A stretch of 64,000 bases of DNA from Atractiella rhizophila. Taxonomy: Eukaryota. The notes under the pieces are model-generated. The model saw only the letters and a list, made by a program, of their open reading frames with translations. It was not told the origin of the DNA and did no database searches. Every line of letters starts with the position of its first letter. Within the stretch, counting starts at the first letter, position 1. Below are positions 12,169 to 23,969 of this stretch, piece by piece. The stretch lies in assembly GCA_021432655.1 (NCBI GenBank), contig MU271381.1, forward strand, positions 1 to 64,000, read 5' to 3'. The translations under genes were made by a program, and so were the position numbers.

Positions 12169-14509
12169 ACTAACATCACCTACCGTGTCGGTAATGAAAC
12201 ACGTGCAGGGACAGCACTTTGCTTTTGGTGAGCTGGAGCTCCAGCACTCAAAGAGCTTGGCCCAAAGCACATAGTGCAGAATGTAAATGACAAGGGAAAA
12301 GAGCAAATAAAGAATAAAGTGAAGAGCAGCTGCTCAAAGCTTTTTCTACATGGCGTCAAAACAGCCGCCTCATGGGCATAGGAGGCATAGGATGAAGGCA
12401 GGACGAAGTTTCCAGAGAAAGTTGAATTTTCGGTGGCTGACCAAAACTGCTCGGTACAGAGAATGCTGAGCGTCCCGTGCAGAGTTGGAATGGGCCTGAG
12501 TACTCCAGTGAATACCTCACTATTCCAGAAGCGCCTAACCGAGGTAATGATCGAGTTCTTCCTCATCCAAAATGAGACCACTCCAAGAGATCTTCCAGTG
12601 TTTGCTCAACAATAATTGCACCATTCTAGGATGGCTAAACATAGTGAGATTGTGCACATTGGTTGACGGAGTGGAGGGATAAGATAAGACGCTTCGTAGT
12701 GCTATGATGAAAGAATAAGCACAGATCCCCTGGGAACTCACGTTTTCTTCCTCTCATGGCTCGTTCTCGCTCTTCCATTTCAGCAGTGCCGTCTCCGTAG
12801 AAATGATACCCTGCCTAGTGAGATCTGCTCGAGCGCGAGTCCGCCATTCGCGCTCGTAAATCTATCCGACCACAATCAATTCGGTGGCTAAGGGCGAGAC
12901 GGGAGAATGATGCTCACAGCTTGTTGCCGTTCATAAACTTGCAGGTATTTCTCTGCATGTGTGCAGAGGCCGAAACAGGTGACTGTCTCGGCTGTAAGGG
13001 ACAGTAGTCTGTGCAGGGATGGAGAAAGCCGCGTACACCATGAGACGAGGAATGCCTTTCCGGCGAGCGTTTGCCGTCGAAACTTGGGAAATGCAAAGTG
13101 TGCCGCGGTGACGGTTCTTCACACAAGAAGGAAGTTCTTCAGGCTCATCTCGTTTATAGTGGAAGACATGGAAGTTTACACGAGTCCAATACTAGTCAAT
13201 CCCGGTTCGGCAAAGGGTAATGAGCAAACGAAATGATAGGAAGGTGGAGAGAACGACAAACGCTGTCCATTTGATCATCCCTTCTCGCGCTCCTAGCGCT
13301 TGTAATCTGGCTGCTTGATCAACCTTTGGAAAATATTCTTAAGTTGTAGTTATCAAAGGCGAAGGAGGGAACAAGCTGACCTGTGCTTGTCGTTCTGGGT
13401 GCAGAGGCATAGCAAGTCGAGGGAGGACGAAATGAATAAGAAATGGAAGGAGTTCAAATTTGTAAAGAGCAGGTCGGGTTGCGGAAAGTGCAACGAGATT
13501 GTCGAGTAGAGATTGTCGAGTAGTTGTCTTCTTCACACCCGTCGTCCTGCATCAATTTGCATCAATCAGGGTGAGATGAGAAGACGACGAAGAGGACGTA
13601 GGAAACGCTGAAGGAAATAGTATTTTAGGATGAGCTGAGGACCAGCTTTGGAGGTTGACGCGTTAGGCTGAATACATAATCGGGGTGGTTGTGTGAGAAA
13701 TCAATTAATCACTCTTGAACTTCTTGTTGGTTTCTCGCTGGGAGGAGACAAAGCTCCAGAATGCGGATAATGTGTAAACGGAGGAAGGTGACAGCCCTTG
13801 ATGGGCGGCCATCACTTCTGCTAACGGTGCTCTATCATTGACAGAACATTGCGCCCATCATGTCACTTGCGCTTCGAAGACAATTCGACACGCTGATACT
13901 GTTCTGCTTTGGTTCTGCTTTGGTAACAGACGATCTCTCTCCCATACAAATGAGACATCGTCTTCTCACTAGTATAATTTGGTTTTCTGGACAACTTCCG
14001 TTATACTTTCACCGCTTGTTGCAGAAGACTGCTTCGCCAAGCGTTTCGTCTGAGGGAGAAGGAACTGTTAGCGGGTGAGAGGAGCGTCGAGCCGCTGGTT
14101 GGTGGTACGAAGCTGGTTCCGATTATCAGGAATGTTTGCCAACCGAATCTCACAATGAATGGGCGGTAATTCTGCCGCCTGTCGTGTCACGAAGAATGAT
14201 CGGCAAAGAGAACCTGTGAGAATTGAAATATTGAAACAAGTGTTTGAGGAGAGTACTCAACTTTGGCGAGCGCGAGGCTGGAGCCACTCTTCGGACCCTC
14301 CCGTAATTTTGATGGAAGCGGGGGACAAAGATATTCGCTGAGCGCATGCAGTCCCCGCCTCTGAGCGGACCGGGAGTGTACTTGACGCGACTTTGGTAAC
14401 TTGAAAGGAGAGGAGCTTCTCGAGCGGAACGGACCGCTTAACCGCTTCCTCTTGCTCCTCAAAACGCGGCTTGTCGTGCACGAGGGCTTAGACATCGCTC
14501 GTGCTCAGA

Positions 14510-16799
14510 ATGGTCGCCATCATTCATCCCCTCTTTCGCGCTTTCAGCGTCGCGGACTCTCTTCGCCATGCCACCTGGCCTATCCACCAAGCTGTGAGTC
14601 CAAATAGGACTTGCGTCGTGCAGCAGCTACATGGACGACAAGGTGACGACACAGACGCAGTCATCGCGGCTTTTCAGCAATGTTCCCAGAATGCGAGAGT
14701 TGTCTTCAAGGAGGGAATCACCTACAACGCATACCGCCCTGGTGCGTATTGCTCCACTTTGGATGAGTATGTCGCGTGACGCTTACGCGAAACAGTTCAA
14801 ATCACTGGCTTGAGTGCGTGTTCATCAAATTGTTAACTCTGCCTTATCGTCTTCCTTTACTCCAGACAATGTTGAAGTAGAGATCAACGGGAACATTCAG
14901 CTGCCTACCAACATCAGCTACATCCAAAACCTCGTCGCCGAAATCACTGCAGAAGGTATGGATGACAGTCCCTGAACGAAACTGAAACTTTATAGGTATA
15001 TACGGCAACCCCTGGTTCTACATTCAGGGCAACGATGTTAGTATAGTGGGGTCGGACGATCCTCGTTGGGGATGGTATAACTTCACGTTTTCTCATGATT
15101 GTTTTGACCTCACCTCTTGCACAGGTTTCAAGGGCATGGTCAACAATGGTGGGACATTCGAAATCAGACAAACCGTCCTCGTCTCGCGGTATTCAACGTC
15201 ACCAACGGATACCTTGCGAAATTGAAGCACAAGCAGATGATTGGTTTGCATCTACGACCAGCTTCCGATGCATGCTGATACGCTTTGCTAGCCTGGTCCT
15301 GGTCCCTTCCAGGGAGTAACATTCTGGTAGAAAAATGCTATTCCGATAACAGACCTACAAATGGGACCCGAGATGAGACTATCAGCTTCCCCTTCAATAC
15401 TGGTGAGCGCTATTGACATTGACGCGCCTTAAGTGATTCATACAGCTCTCCTTAGATGGTTTTAACGTCGGGGGAAAAAATGTGCGAATTAACAACTACT
15501 TTGGTTACAACGGTATGGCTGCCATCATCCCTTAATGCTTGTTCTAATGGTAAGGACAGGGGACGATGCTGTCTCCATTGTGTCTGGAGCGAAGAATGTA
15601 ACAGGTACCAGTCCACTCTTCCAGCACATCTTAAAGGCTTGATTGCGCATGTAGTGACCAACGTTTATTGTGGATTCTCGTCTCATGGTATATTCGTTTA
15701 CTCCTCAAACCAACTTATTGAATTTGTTTCCAGGCATGTCTATTGGATCCTTGGGTACTTCATCTGCAAGCCCGGTTCCAACAAACGAACGAATTTTAAA
15801 ATTCAGGCAAAAACGGCGCGAATTCGATAGTTGAAGGTAAGCGACCGCTTTCAGAAGTACTTCCTTAACCATGACAAATGGTTTTCAGATGTTCTCTTTG
15901 AAAATGTAACCATGGAAGGCGCTGTGTATGGAGCTCGGTCCGTGCTCCCCACTTTCTGTATATTGCACGCACTAATTAATGGTTTAGTTTCAAGAGCTGG
16001 GTAGGAGGAAATGGCCACGCGTCAAATGTTGTGTACAGGAACTTCAAGCTTATCAACGTCAGTACAGCAGTGTGAGCTCTCTCCTTTTTCACTTTCAACT
16101 TAACATGCTGATGATACAATCAGGTTTATGTATGTAGAAGGCGACAGCCGAGTAATTCTGACCCTTATTCTTACAGAACCCAAAACTACTACGACCAAGC
16201 GCTTGGTCCACCTCCAGTGACAAACTCCACCAACAGCACGAAAGTCTCCAACTTCCACTTTGAAAACTTCGTGGTTCGTATCCTGATGCTAGGGTGCTCT
16301 CGGTCGTGCTTATTGGCGATAATTTACAGGGCTATCTGAACCCAAGGTGGACAGATGGTTGGTCTTTCGAAGTTTAAATAAAAAAAAAACTCAGCGAGAC
16401 ATAGGAACTTGCTTGACGCCTAACAATTTAACTGCTTGCTGGAATTACGTCCAAGGAGGCGACTCCACTCAAGGCGTGATTTTAGACCTGTACAATCGGA
16501 CTGGTAGGCACATCCTTCACTTCCTAGAGTACGCTCAGATGATATTGTACCAGCGACCAACCTTACGTTTAAGAATATTCATGGTGCGCAGAGTCCTCTG
16601 TCATGATTCAGGCTGATTCTGGCACCCAGTTCGCCCATATCGACAAGGGTATGATGACACGACGGTCATCTGTGACCCCTCAGTCTTCGACCAAGAGGAT
16701 CTTAACAATCTCGGTTTTGGTATGCACCACCCATTTCTACTGTACAGTTGTGTGACAGTGGTTGTAGTATGCCGAGATGGGCTTTACGAGGAGACGTAA
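14510..16799 (+). CDS. Glycoside hydrolase family 28 (exo-polygalacturonase-like); very intron-rich
   Basis: GDDTDAVIAAFQQC N-terminus; catalytic motifs FPFNTDGF, NGDDAVSI, SHGMSIGSLG, ARFKSW; start codon tentative. Confidence 0.85.
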
Positions 16800-17282
16800 G
16801 GCAGGACCTGTAGGGTGGTAACATAAAAGTAAAGAAAGATACGACGTCGAAACGAGCGAATGACCATATTTGGCTTCGAAAGCTGTAGGCTTGAACACTG
16901 GGTTTATGACGAGGAGCTCTGCGCCATTGAACCTGAGTTTTATAAAGGGTGAGCGTCAGAAAGGTAAGACATATGCACATGAAATTGTCTGTCTGACTAA
17001 GTAAGTTACAAAAGGCAAACAGTAAGCTAGGGTACTGAAGTAAAAGGAAAGAAACTGGCAATGGATCCTGAACCCACATTCCACAAAGTTCCTCCCCGGA
17101 ACCACAACAAAGAAAGCGGCCAGAAGCAACCGAGACCCCAAATGAAAGAACCAATTACGGGAAAGTGGAATTAAATTTCGTTCTAAACAGACCGAGGAAG
17201 AGAAGCTTAACTGTAGAGACCATGAAAGGAAAAGGAGGAAGGGGCAGTCTACCGGGGACGAGAAACTGCAAGAAGAACAGAA

Positions 17283-18940
17283 TCACACTTGGATCCTCCT
17301 CCTTTTCTCGCTCCTCGCTCCTGCCAAGTGCATTCTCCCCATGCCCTCCTCCAGCTCACCAATGCTCCTAAATTGAGCATTCTCCATGCCATAAAACGAC
17401 TTTGCCGTACCATTCCCTCTCATCATGCTCGCACTGATGGGATCCTTGACAGATCCGTCCGAATACCGCTTCTTCCCCTTCTCAACCGCCTTCACAGCCT
17501 TCGAGGTCCTCGACTTCCGCTCAGTCATCAAAGCCTTCTCTTCAAGATCCGCAACACAACCGGACATCGCGTTCTTCCTCGTTCGGAACTGGGAACCGTC
17601 GAAGAATCCTGAAGCCTGAGGACGGGGGGAACGAATCGCGTTGAGAAGATTATCCACACTTTCATCGCCTTCATTCCTGGGGTCAACATCCTGAACGTGC
17701 TGGAAATTCGTAATCGTAGCGGAACCAATCGTCATCGAAACAGCGGGGTCGACACTCACATCTCTTCCCATAGAGATGGAGGAGGCTAGACTAGCAAGTG
17801 ATGGAGAATGGATGAAGGTAGATCGGGATCTGTTGATTTGGGCAGATCGAAGGAGCAACGAGGAAGTGGTGGTATTCCCTGATCCTCTTGTGGAACGGGA
17901 GGAGGAGTCCGTGGGAACCATCTTGATTGCGGCAATCGAGGACGTCTTCTTCAAGTTGATCGAGTGGATGGAAAGTGAGGGAGAGCTGGGCCTTTCTGGG
18001 CTGCTTGAGACTTGAGCCGGATCGACGACACCGTAGGACCGCTTTAGACCTCCAGCTCGAGTAGGCGTTGGCGTAGAGCCACGACGAATCTTCATTCTCA
18101 ACTATTACAAAAGCACAAAACAAGTCAGATTCTTTGTTCCAGCAGCGGACATGGAGTAGTGGAAGGGACCGTATACGAACCGATCCTGAGAAAGGTCGCT
18201 CGCTTCCATCAAACGAGGGAACGACATTGACCCCACGTGGAGCAAACTATTGACCCGACAATTCCACGTCAGTCGATAATCATACCTCTTCTGTTCTGGG
18301 GGATGGGAAGGGACGAACGATCTTTGACGTTCTAGCATGCTTCTTCTCGCCTCTTTGCGCCGTGGTCCTATCTCATACGCGAAATCATCAACGTTCATCT
18401 CAAGTCTTCTCAGCAAGAACAGGACGTGACCGCGACAATGTGAGGAAGACGTACGACGCGCTAACGCTCTCGCCTATGATCTCTCGCGCAACATCCACAT
18501 TCATGTCCATATTCTCCTCCGTACATTCCTTCCAGGCAGATTGTTGCTGCTGTTGTTCGAAAACATCCACTGTTCCGCCATCCGAACAGTCAGCATCTAT
18601 CATCCATGATTCCACTCGCTCCAGTCAGGATTATGACGAAACACAGGTGAAGTTGAGGGGGGGTGACAGTCAAAGGAAGGGAGACAGAACTCGACGCAGA
18701 ACAAAAGTCAGGAAATGTGGGAAATGTGAAATTCTCACCATAGTTCAGAAAGTCCTCATCATGGGCCAAATGAAGGATAATCTTCTCATGAATGACCCTC
18801 AAGCCTTCCTTTAAATGACCAGGGTGAGCCACAGCAGCACAAGCCTCGCTCAACTTGAGCTGAAAATCGAGAGACGGCTTTATATCTTCGAAACGACGGC
18901 TCGCGCGGGCTGGAGGCCGAGGAGGAAGTGAAAATTCCAT
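17283..18940 (-). CDS. Hypothetical protein, Ser-rich C-terminal half
   Basis: Chain of same-strand ORFs (18590-18940, 18400-18615, 18105-18416, 17283-18101) separated by intron-sized gaps; no family recognised. Confidence 0.55.
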
Positions 18941-19495
18941 TGGGAATGTATAATCCAAGATACGACCAGGAAAGGAATGTGTCGCGAAAGAAGGAGGTCG
19001 GGATAAAGAGCGAAGCAGAGAAAAGAGGGAGAGGACGAAGCAGGGTTCTCGCAGACGAATAACAGGAAAATGAGGAGATAAAATGAGAGAATATCTCTGT
19101 TTTATACGTGAACAAACGGGTTCACATCGGCGCCTCATAAAGCGGGAAGGCTTCGTGAGACCGCACTAACGGCCAGATGTTATCAGCTCAATACAGGGTT
19201 CCAGAAACCGTTGTTGTGCCGGAGTGCTTGGGAGTGCTGCAAGGATCCCTGAAAATTGGGTGGCAAAATCACAACTTGAATTGATGGATTCTTCCTCTTT
19301 CCTTAAGACATTGGACAGTGAGACAACGGAGCAACCGAAATGTAACATGCTATCGACAATGTCAATAGATGATGCATGATATTCCTACCACAATCGAAAG
19401 GAATACGAACATGGCCGAAAGACAGGAATAAATGACTGCCATTTGAAACGAAACATCAGTGCTTTCCCATTGGAATAAAGGACATCAGCGCACCA

Positions 19496-20814
19496 TCACA
19501 ACTTCGAGTCATCCCTCTTGAAGTCGAGAACATTTTCCGGATAGATACCACATCGTTGCTTTGAGAGGGAAAGCCCACTGCAGGCCGTCTGATACGAGAG
19601 CTGAGCCAGTGATGTTGCTCGCCTATCCGCCCACCACTCCTGTCAGCCCGTCAGTCCAGGAACGGAAGGGCAGCGTACCGCTTCAGAAAAGAGGAAGATG
19701 GTAGCTATTCCAGGATTCCGATCAACACCAAACACCAACCGGGGAGAAAAGACGAACCATTAGCCATGTCGTCCAATGTGCCCACTCGTCCAATCGGTAT
19801 CCTTTTTAGCTCGAGCGCCGCATCGACGCTGAGCCTTTTCATACCCTCCGTCCCCTCGATGCCACCCGGATGCAGTGTATTGGCTCGTATCCCTAACGGT
19901 CCATATTCCGCAGCCACGACGCGGATTAGAGCGTCAATCCCTGCCTTAGCAGCTGACACGTGAGCCTGTAATGGAGACGGTAGGTAGTGCAATAGTGCCG
20001 ATGTCGCAATTATGCTACCCCGAGTCTTTTTCAGTGAGGGAAGCGTCGCTTTAAGGGTGTTGTAGGTTCCTACCAGGAGGGACATGGTTAGAGGCGAACA
20101 AGAAGAGCAGAGGACAAACCAAGGAGATCGATCTCAATCACGGTCTTGAACGCATTCTCGGAAAGTTGCTCGATGGGTGAAAGGAAGTTTCCAGCAGCTT
20201 TGTGCGTTCACTCTCAATCCTCTTCTCAGTCTAAGCAATATGAGAGCTTACCTCCTGTTCACGTGGATCAATACGTCAATCACACGATCACAGGGAATGG
20301 AGAAAGTAAAAGGACCCGTACCACAAATGACAAAATCTATCCTCCCGAACTCCTTCAAAGCGCTCTCAACGGCCGCTTTGAGCGACTCAGGTCGCCTCAC
20401 GTCTCCTTGCAATCCAATGCACCTCCGACCGGTGCTACTGGACAACTGGGATGCGGCGGATTCGATGACCTCCTTCCGGCGTGAAAGGATGACAGCGTCG
20501 CAACCTGTGTACACACGTACTGATTCAGTGCTTATGTCCAAGTGGTTTTGGTAACGGTAGTTAATCCTTCAAAGAAGAGAAAGAGCAAAAGAAATGAGGA
20601 GCGAGAAATTCGGCGCCTAAAGAGCACGAAGACATACCGTGCTTCATCATGCCCTCAACCTGCGCATATCCAATGCCCGTCCCACCACCAGTACAGAATA
20701 GGACCTGCAGCAACCATATTTCCTCAGACATTGCACTCTTACGAGATAGAGTACAGTTCTAACCTTCCCCTTGAAGATATCGGGCCTGAAAACGGTAGTT
20801 GATGGTACAGACAT
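19496..20814 (-). CDS. SPS19: Peroxisomal 2,4-dienoyl-CoA reductase (Sps19/DECR2-like SDR), full-length copy
   Basis: [67 protein letters not shown]; the tail YPENVLDFKRDDSKL lies in a shifted frame. Confidence 0.85.
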
Positions 20815-22087
20815 TCTGGATTTTCTCTGAAAAGTGTTGTATCAGCGGTGAGGTAAAGGAATGTTTGCTATATGACAGGCCTGTGGCGTGGCAGAGTGGT
20901 CGTTTTATTCTCGTGTTCTGTTGGCGTAACAACAAGAGCGGGCAGCGAAGTAGCCGAGCTGAGCCTTTTCATACCCTCCGTCCCCTCGATGCCACCCGGA
21001 TGCAGTGTATTGGCTCGTATCCCTAACGGTCCATATTCCGCAGCCACGACGCGGATTAGAGCGTCAATCCCTGCCTTAGCAGCTGACACGTGAGCCTGTA
21101 ATGGAGACGGTAGGTAGTGCAATAGTGCCGATGTCGCAATTATGCTGCCCCGAGTCTTTTTCAGTGAGGGAAGCGTCGCTTTAAGGGTGTTGTAGGTTCC
21201 TACCAGGAGGGACATGGTTAGAGGCGAACAAGAAGAGCAGAGGACAAACCAAGGAGATCGATCTCAATCACGGTCTTGAACGCATTCTCGGAAAGTTGCT
21301 CGATGGGTGAAAGGAAGTTTCCAGCAGCTTTATGCGTTCTCTCTCAATCCTCTTCTCAGTCCAAGCAATATGAGGAGCTTACCTCCTATTCACGTGCACC
21401 AATTCGTCAATCACACGATCACAGGAAAGGAGAAAGTAAATGGACACGTACCACAAATGACAAAATCTATCCTTCCAAACTCCTTCAAAGCGCTCTCAAC
21501 AGCCGCTTTGAGCGACTCCGGTAGCCTCACGTCTCCTTGCAATCCAATGCATCTCCGACCGGTGCTACTGGACAACTTAGACGCGGCAGATTCGATGACC
21601 TCCTTCCGACGTGAAAGGATGACGGCGTCGCAGCCTGTGCACACACGTACTGAATCAGTACATTGCCCAAATGGTTTTGATAACGGTAGTTAATGCTTCA
21701 AAGAGAAAGAGCCCACAGGCAAAAAGAAATGAGGAGCGAGAAATTCGGTGTCTAAAGAGCACAAAGACATACCGTGCTTCATCATGCCCTCAACCTGCGC
21801 ATATCCAATGCCCGTCCCACCACCAGTACAGAAGAGAACCTGCAGCAATCATATTCCCTCAGACATTGCACTCTTACGAGATAGAACACAGTCCCAACCT
21901 TCCCCTTGAAGATATCCGGCCTGAAAACGGTAGTTGACGGTACAGACATTCTGGATTTTCTCTGAAAGTGTTGTATCAGCGGCGAGGTAAAGTGTTTGCT
22001 ATATGACAGGCCTGTGGCGTGGCAGAGTGGTCGTTTTATTCTCGTGTTCTGTTGGCGTAACAACAAGAGCGGGCAGCGAAGTAGCCG
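19828..22087. repeat. Head-to-tail tandem duplication, unit about 1130 bp (19828-20956 / 20958-22087)
   Basis: Both units start GCTGAGCCTTTTCATACCC and end GGCAGCGAAGTAGCCG; ends near-identical, middle diverged. Confidence 0.95.
20868..21949 (-). pseudogene. 3'-truncated duplicate of the 2,4-dienoyl-CoA reductase
   Basis: Same exons up to ...GMKRLS, then runs into the upstream region of the full-length copy and stops at 20868. Confidence 0.75.
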
Positions 22088-23796
22088 GTTCGGCTCTGAG
22101 GACAAAGTTGTGACACTGTCAATACTTATGGTGTTAACGTAGTTGGGGCTTTCGTAAGGCAGAATATTCGCATTGTGTATTCATTATGTACCGGTGACTA
22201 TGCAGAATGCGATCATCTTTGTCGTGTCCAGTTCGCGCTCTCGGCGATCTGGAGAAGTCGGGCAGAGATGGGCATGGTACTAGTACGGTATCGCTCATTG
22301 GGAGGAGACATGTAGCTGCTTGAAGAAGAAAACAACCTAAACACCTTCGCTCTCTTGCTACCAAACATGACCTTGGCTTCTAACATTTCCTCCATCCACA
22401 TCTCCCCGTCCGCGACATTGACCAGTGCTGATCGCAAACAAATCGGGGGAACAGCAGGGTTGAAGTTCGGATCGAGCGGAGAGAGGCTATGAAACTGAGC
22501 GACATGAGCGTGAGAAAGTAATACGGGAAGGGGATGTATCATTGAAATTATGGTTGATGATTGATGTTTCAGATTTCGGCGGCGCGGAGAGGTGAATGGT
22601 TCGTTTTGTTCCAAAAGCAATGGGGGAGCGAAACCAAGTCGCCCTGGACCTTGTCGCATGGATTTGGAGGAGAGGATAGGGTGTGTATGAATAGCAGCGA
22701 AGGTCGAGGGTCCGGTTCTCCATTTCATCCGATTTTCAGGAAAGGATGGATTAATAGGAACAGGGTTCCAACCTCGGATCCCTGCTGGTCACCACACATT
22801 CAACAAGCTCAGATAAAGGATTCTGGGGAGGAGGTTCTTGCTTCTGATCAATGCTCGTCAGAATCCATTCCCCATGTCTCGTCTTGAAGAAGGTCCAAGC
22901 TAGCCAATGCAAAATGGATCCGAAAGGACAACAAGGCGTTGACAATTGAGCAGGAACTTGAAGACCATGTCAAACAATCATGGACACATCGCATCTCATT
23001 CGCTGGGTTCCTAATAGCAGCCGTGAGGTAACCGAGAGAGCGAACTACTTCCAGAACAAAGCTCATCAGCAGGATGGCGAGATATCGTGTTGCCGATTGC
23101 AACACGTTCATGACCTAATCTGCAAAGCGATGAGGTTGACGGCGATTGCAGCTCAGAGAAGGAGAAGAGGCCCGATTGAAGACGTGATTACCACATTGCA
23201 TCAAAATGAGGCGATTCCTCCATCTCAAAAAAGAACAAAAGTCATTGACGAAATTTTGAAAAACCACGACTATCAATATTTTAGATCGTGCATCTTTGAC
23301 AACTTCAGATGTGACGATTTCGACTGGAAGACAGGAAAGAGACGATGATTTCGAGGCCCTGCAAAGACCTTAATTAGTCCTGTCTGAGACCACGCCAAGC
23401 ACTCTGAGTGCACTGAGCCAACAAGATCCAGCAGAGCTGATTCGGAAATGGTTCAACTGCAACACATTCCTGCTGAATACTTCCTGCAAAGAGGAATAGA
23501 TCCGGTGTACATCAATAAAGTCAATTGTTCCCCAAGAAGGAGGTAGCACCGATAGCGACGCCCAGTTTGGTGGAGTTTAGAACAAAAGGGATCCAGGAAA
23601 GACTCTCTTCTCCAAACGGAATAATGAGGTTTCTTCTGAAGCAAAGATTGACATACAGTACCAATGCGCGATAAACTGTCGAGGATGTCAAGTTCGAACA
23701 ACTTGCGTCAAAGAAGCGAGGGTTGGGAGTACAGTGTGGAAAGAAGAAACAAACAAACGGCCTGGAACGGTAGACCGCTTCACGACTTGCATCATG

Positions 23797-23969
23797 CTGA
23801 TTCATGCATAAATGGACAATCAATGTCTATTTTGCTGTATCCTGCAGCTGCAGAAGGGCTTTTCGCATGAACTCAGCACCTCACTGATTCATGCATAAAT
23901 GGACAATCAATGTCTATTTTGCTGTATCCTGCAGCTGCAGAAGGGCTTTTCGCATGAACTCAGCACCTC
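23797..23969. repeat. Direct tandem repeat, 2 copies, 87-bp period
   Basis: CTGATTCATGCATAAATGGAC...GAACTCAGCACCTC at 23797 and 23884. Confidence 0.95.

Noticed and set aside
12180..14400. Scattered 60-130 aa ORFs between the SDR and GH28
   Set aside because: No recognisable domain or consistent splice chain; treated as intergenic
589..22087. Acyl-CoA ligase, amidase, SDRs and TF as a metabolic gene cluster
   Set aside because: No backbone synthase; genes are interspersed with housekeeping genes such as prefoldin
23797..23969. Repeat considered as CRISPR array or LTR pair
   Set aside because: Only two adjacent copies, no spacers, no internal element, eukaryotic context
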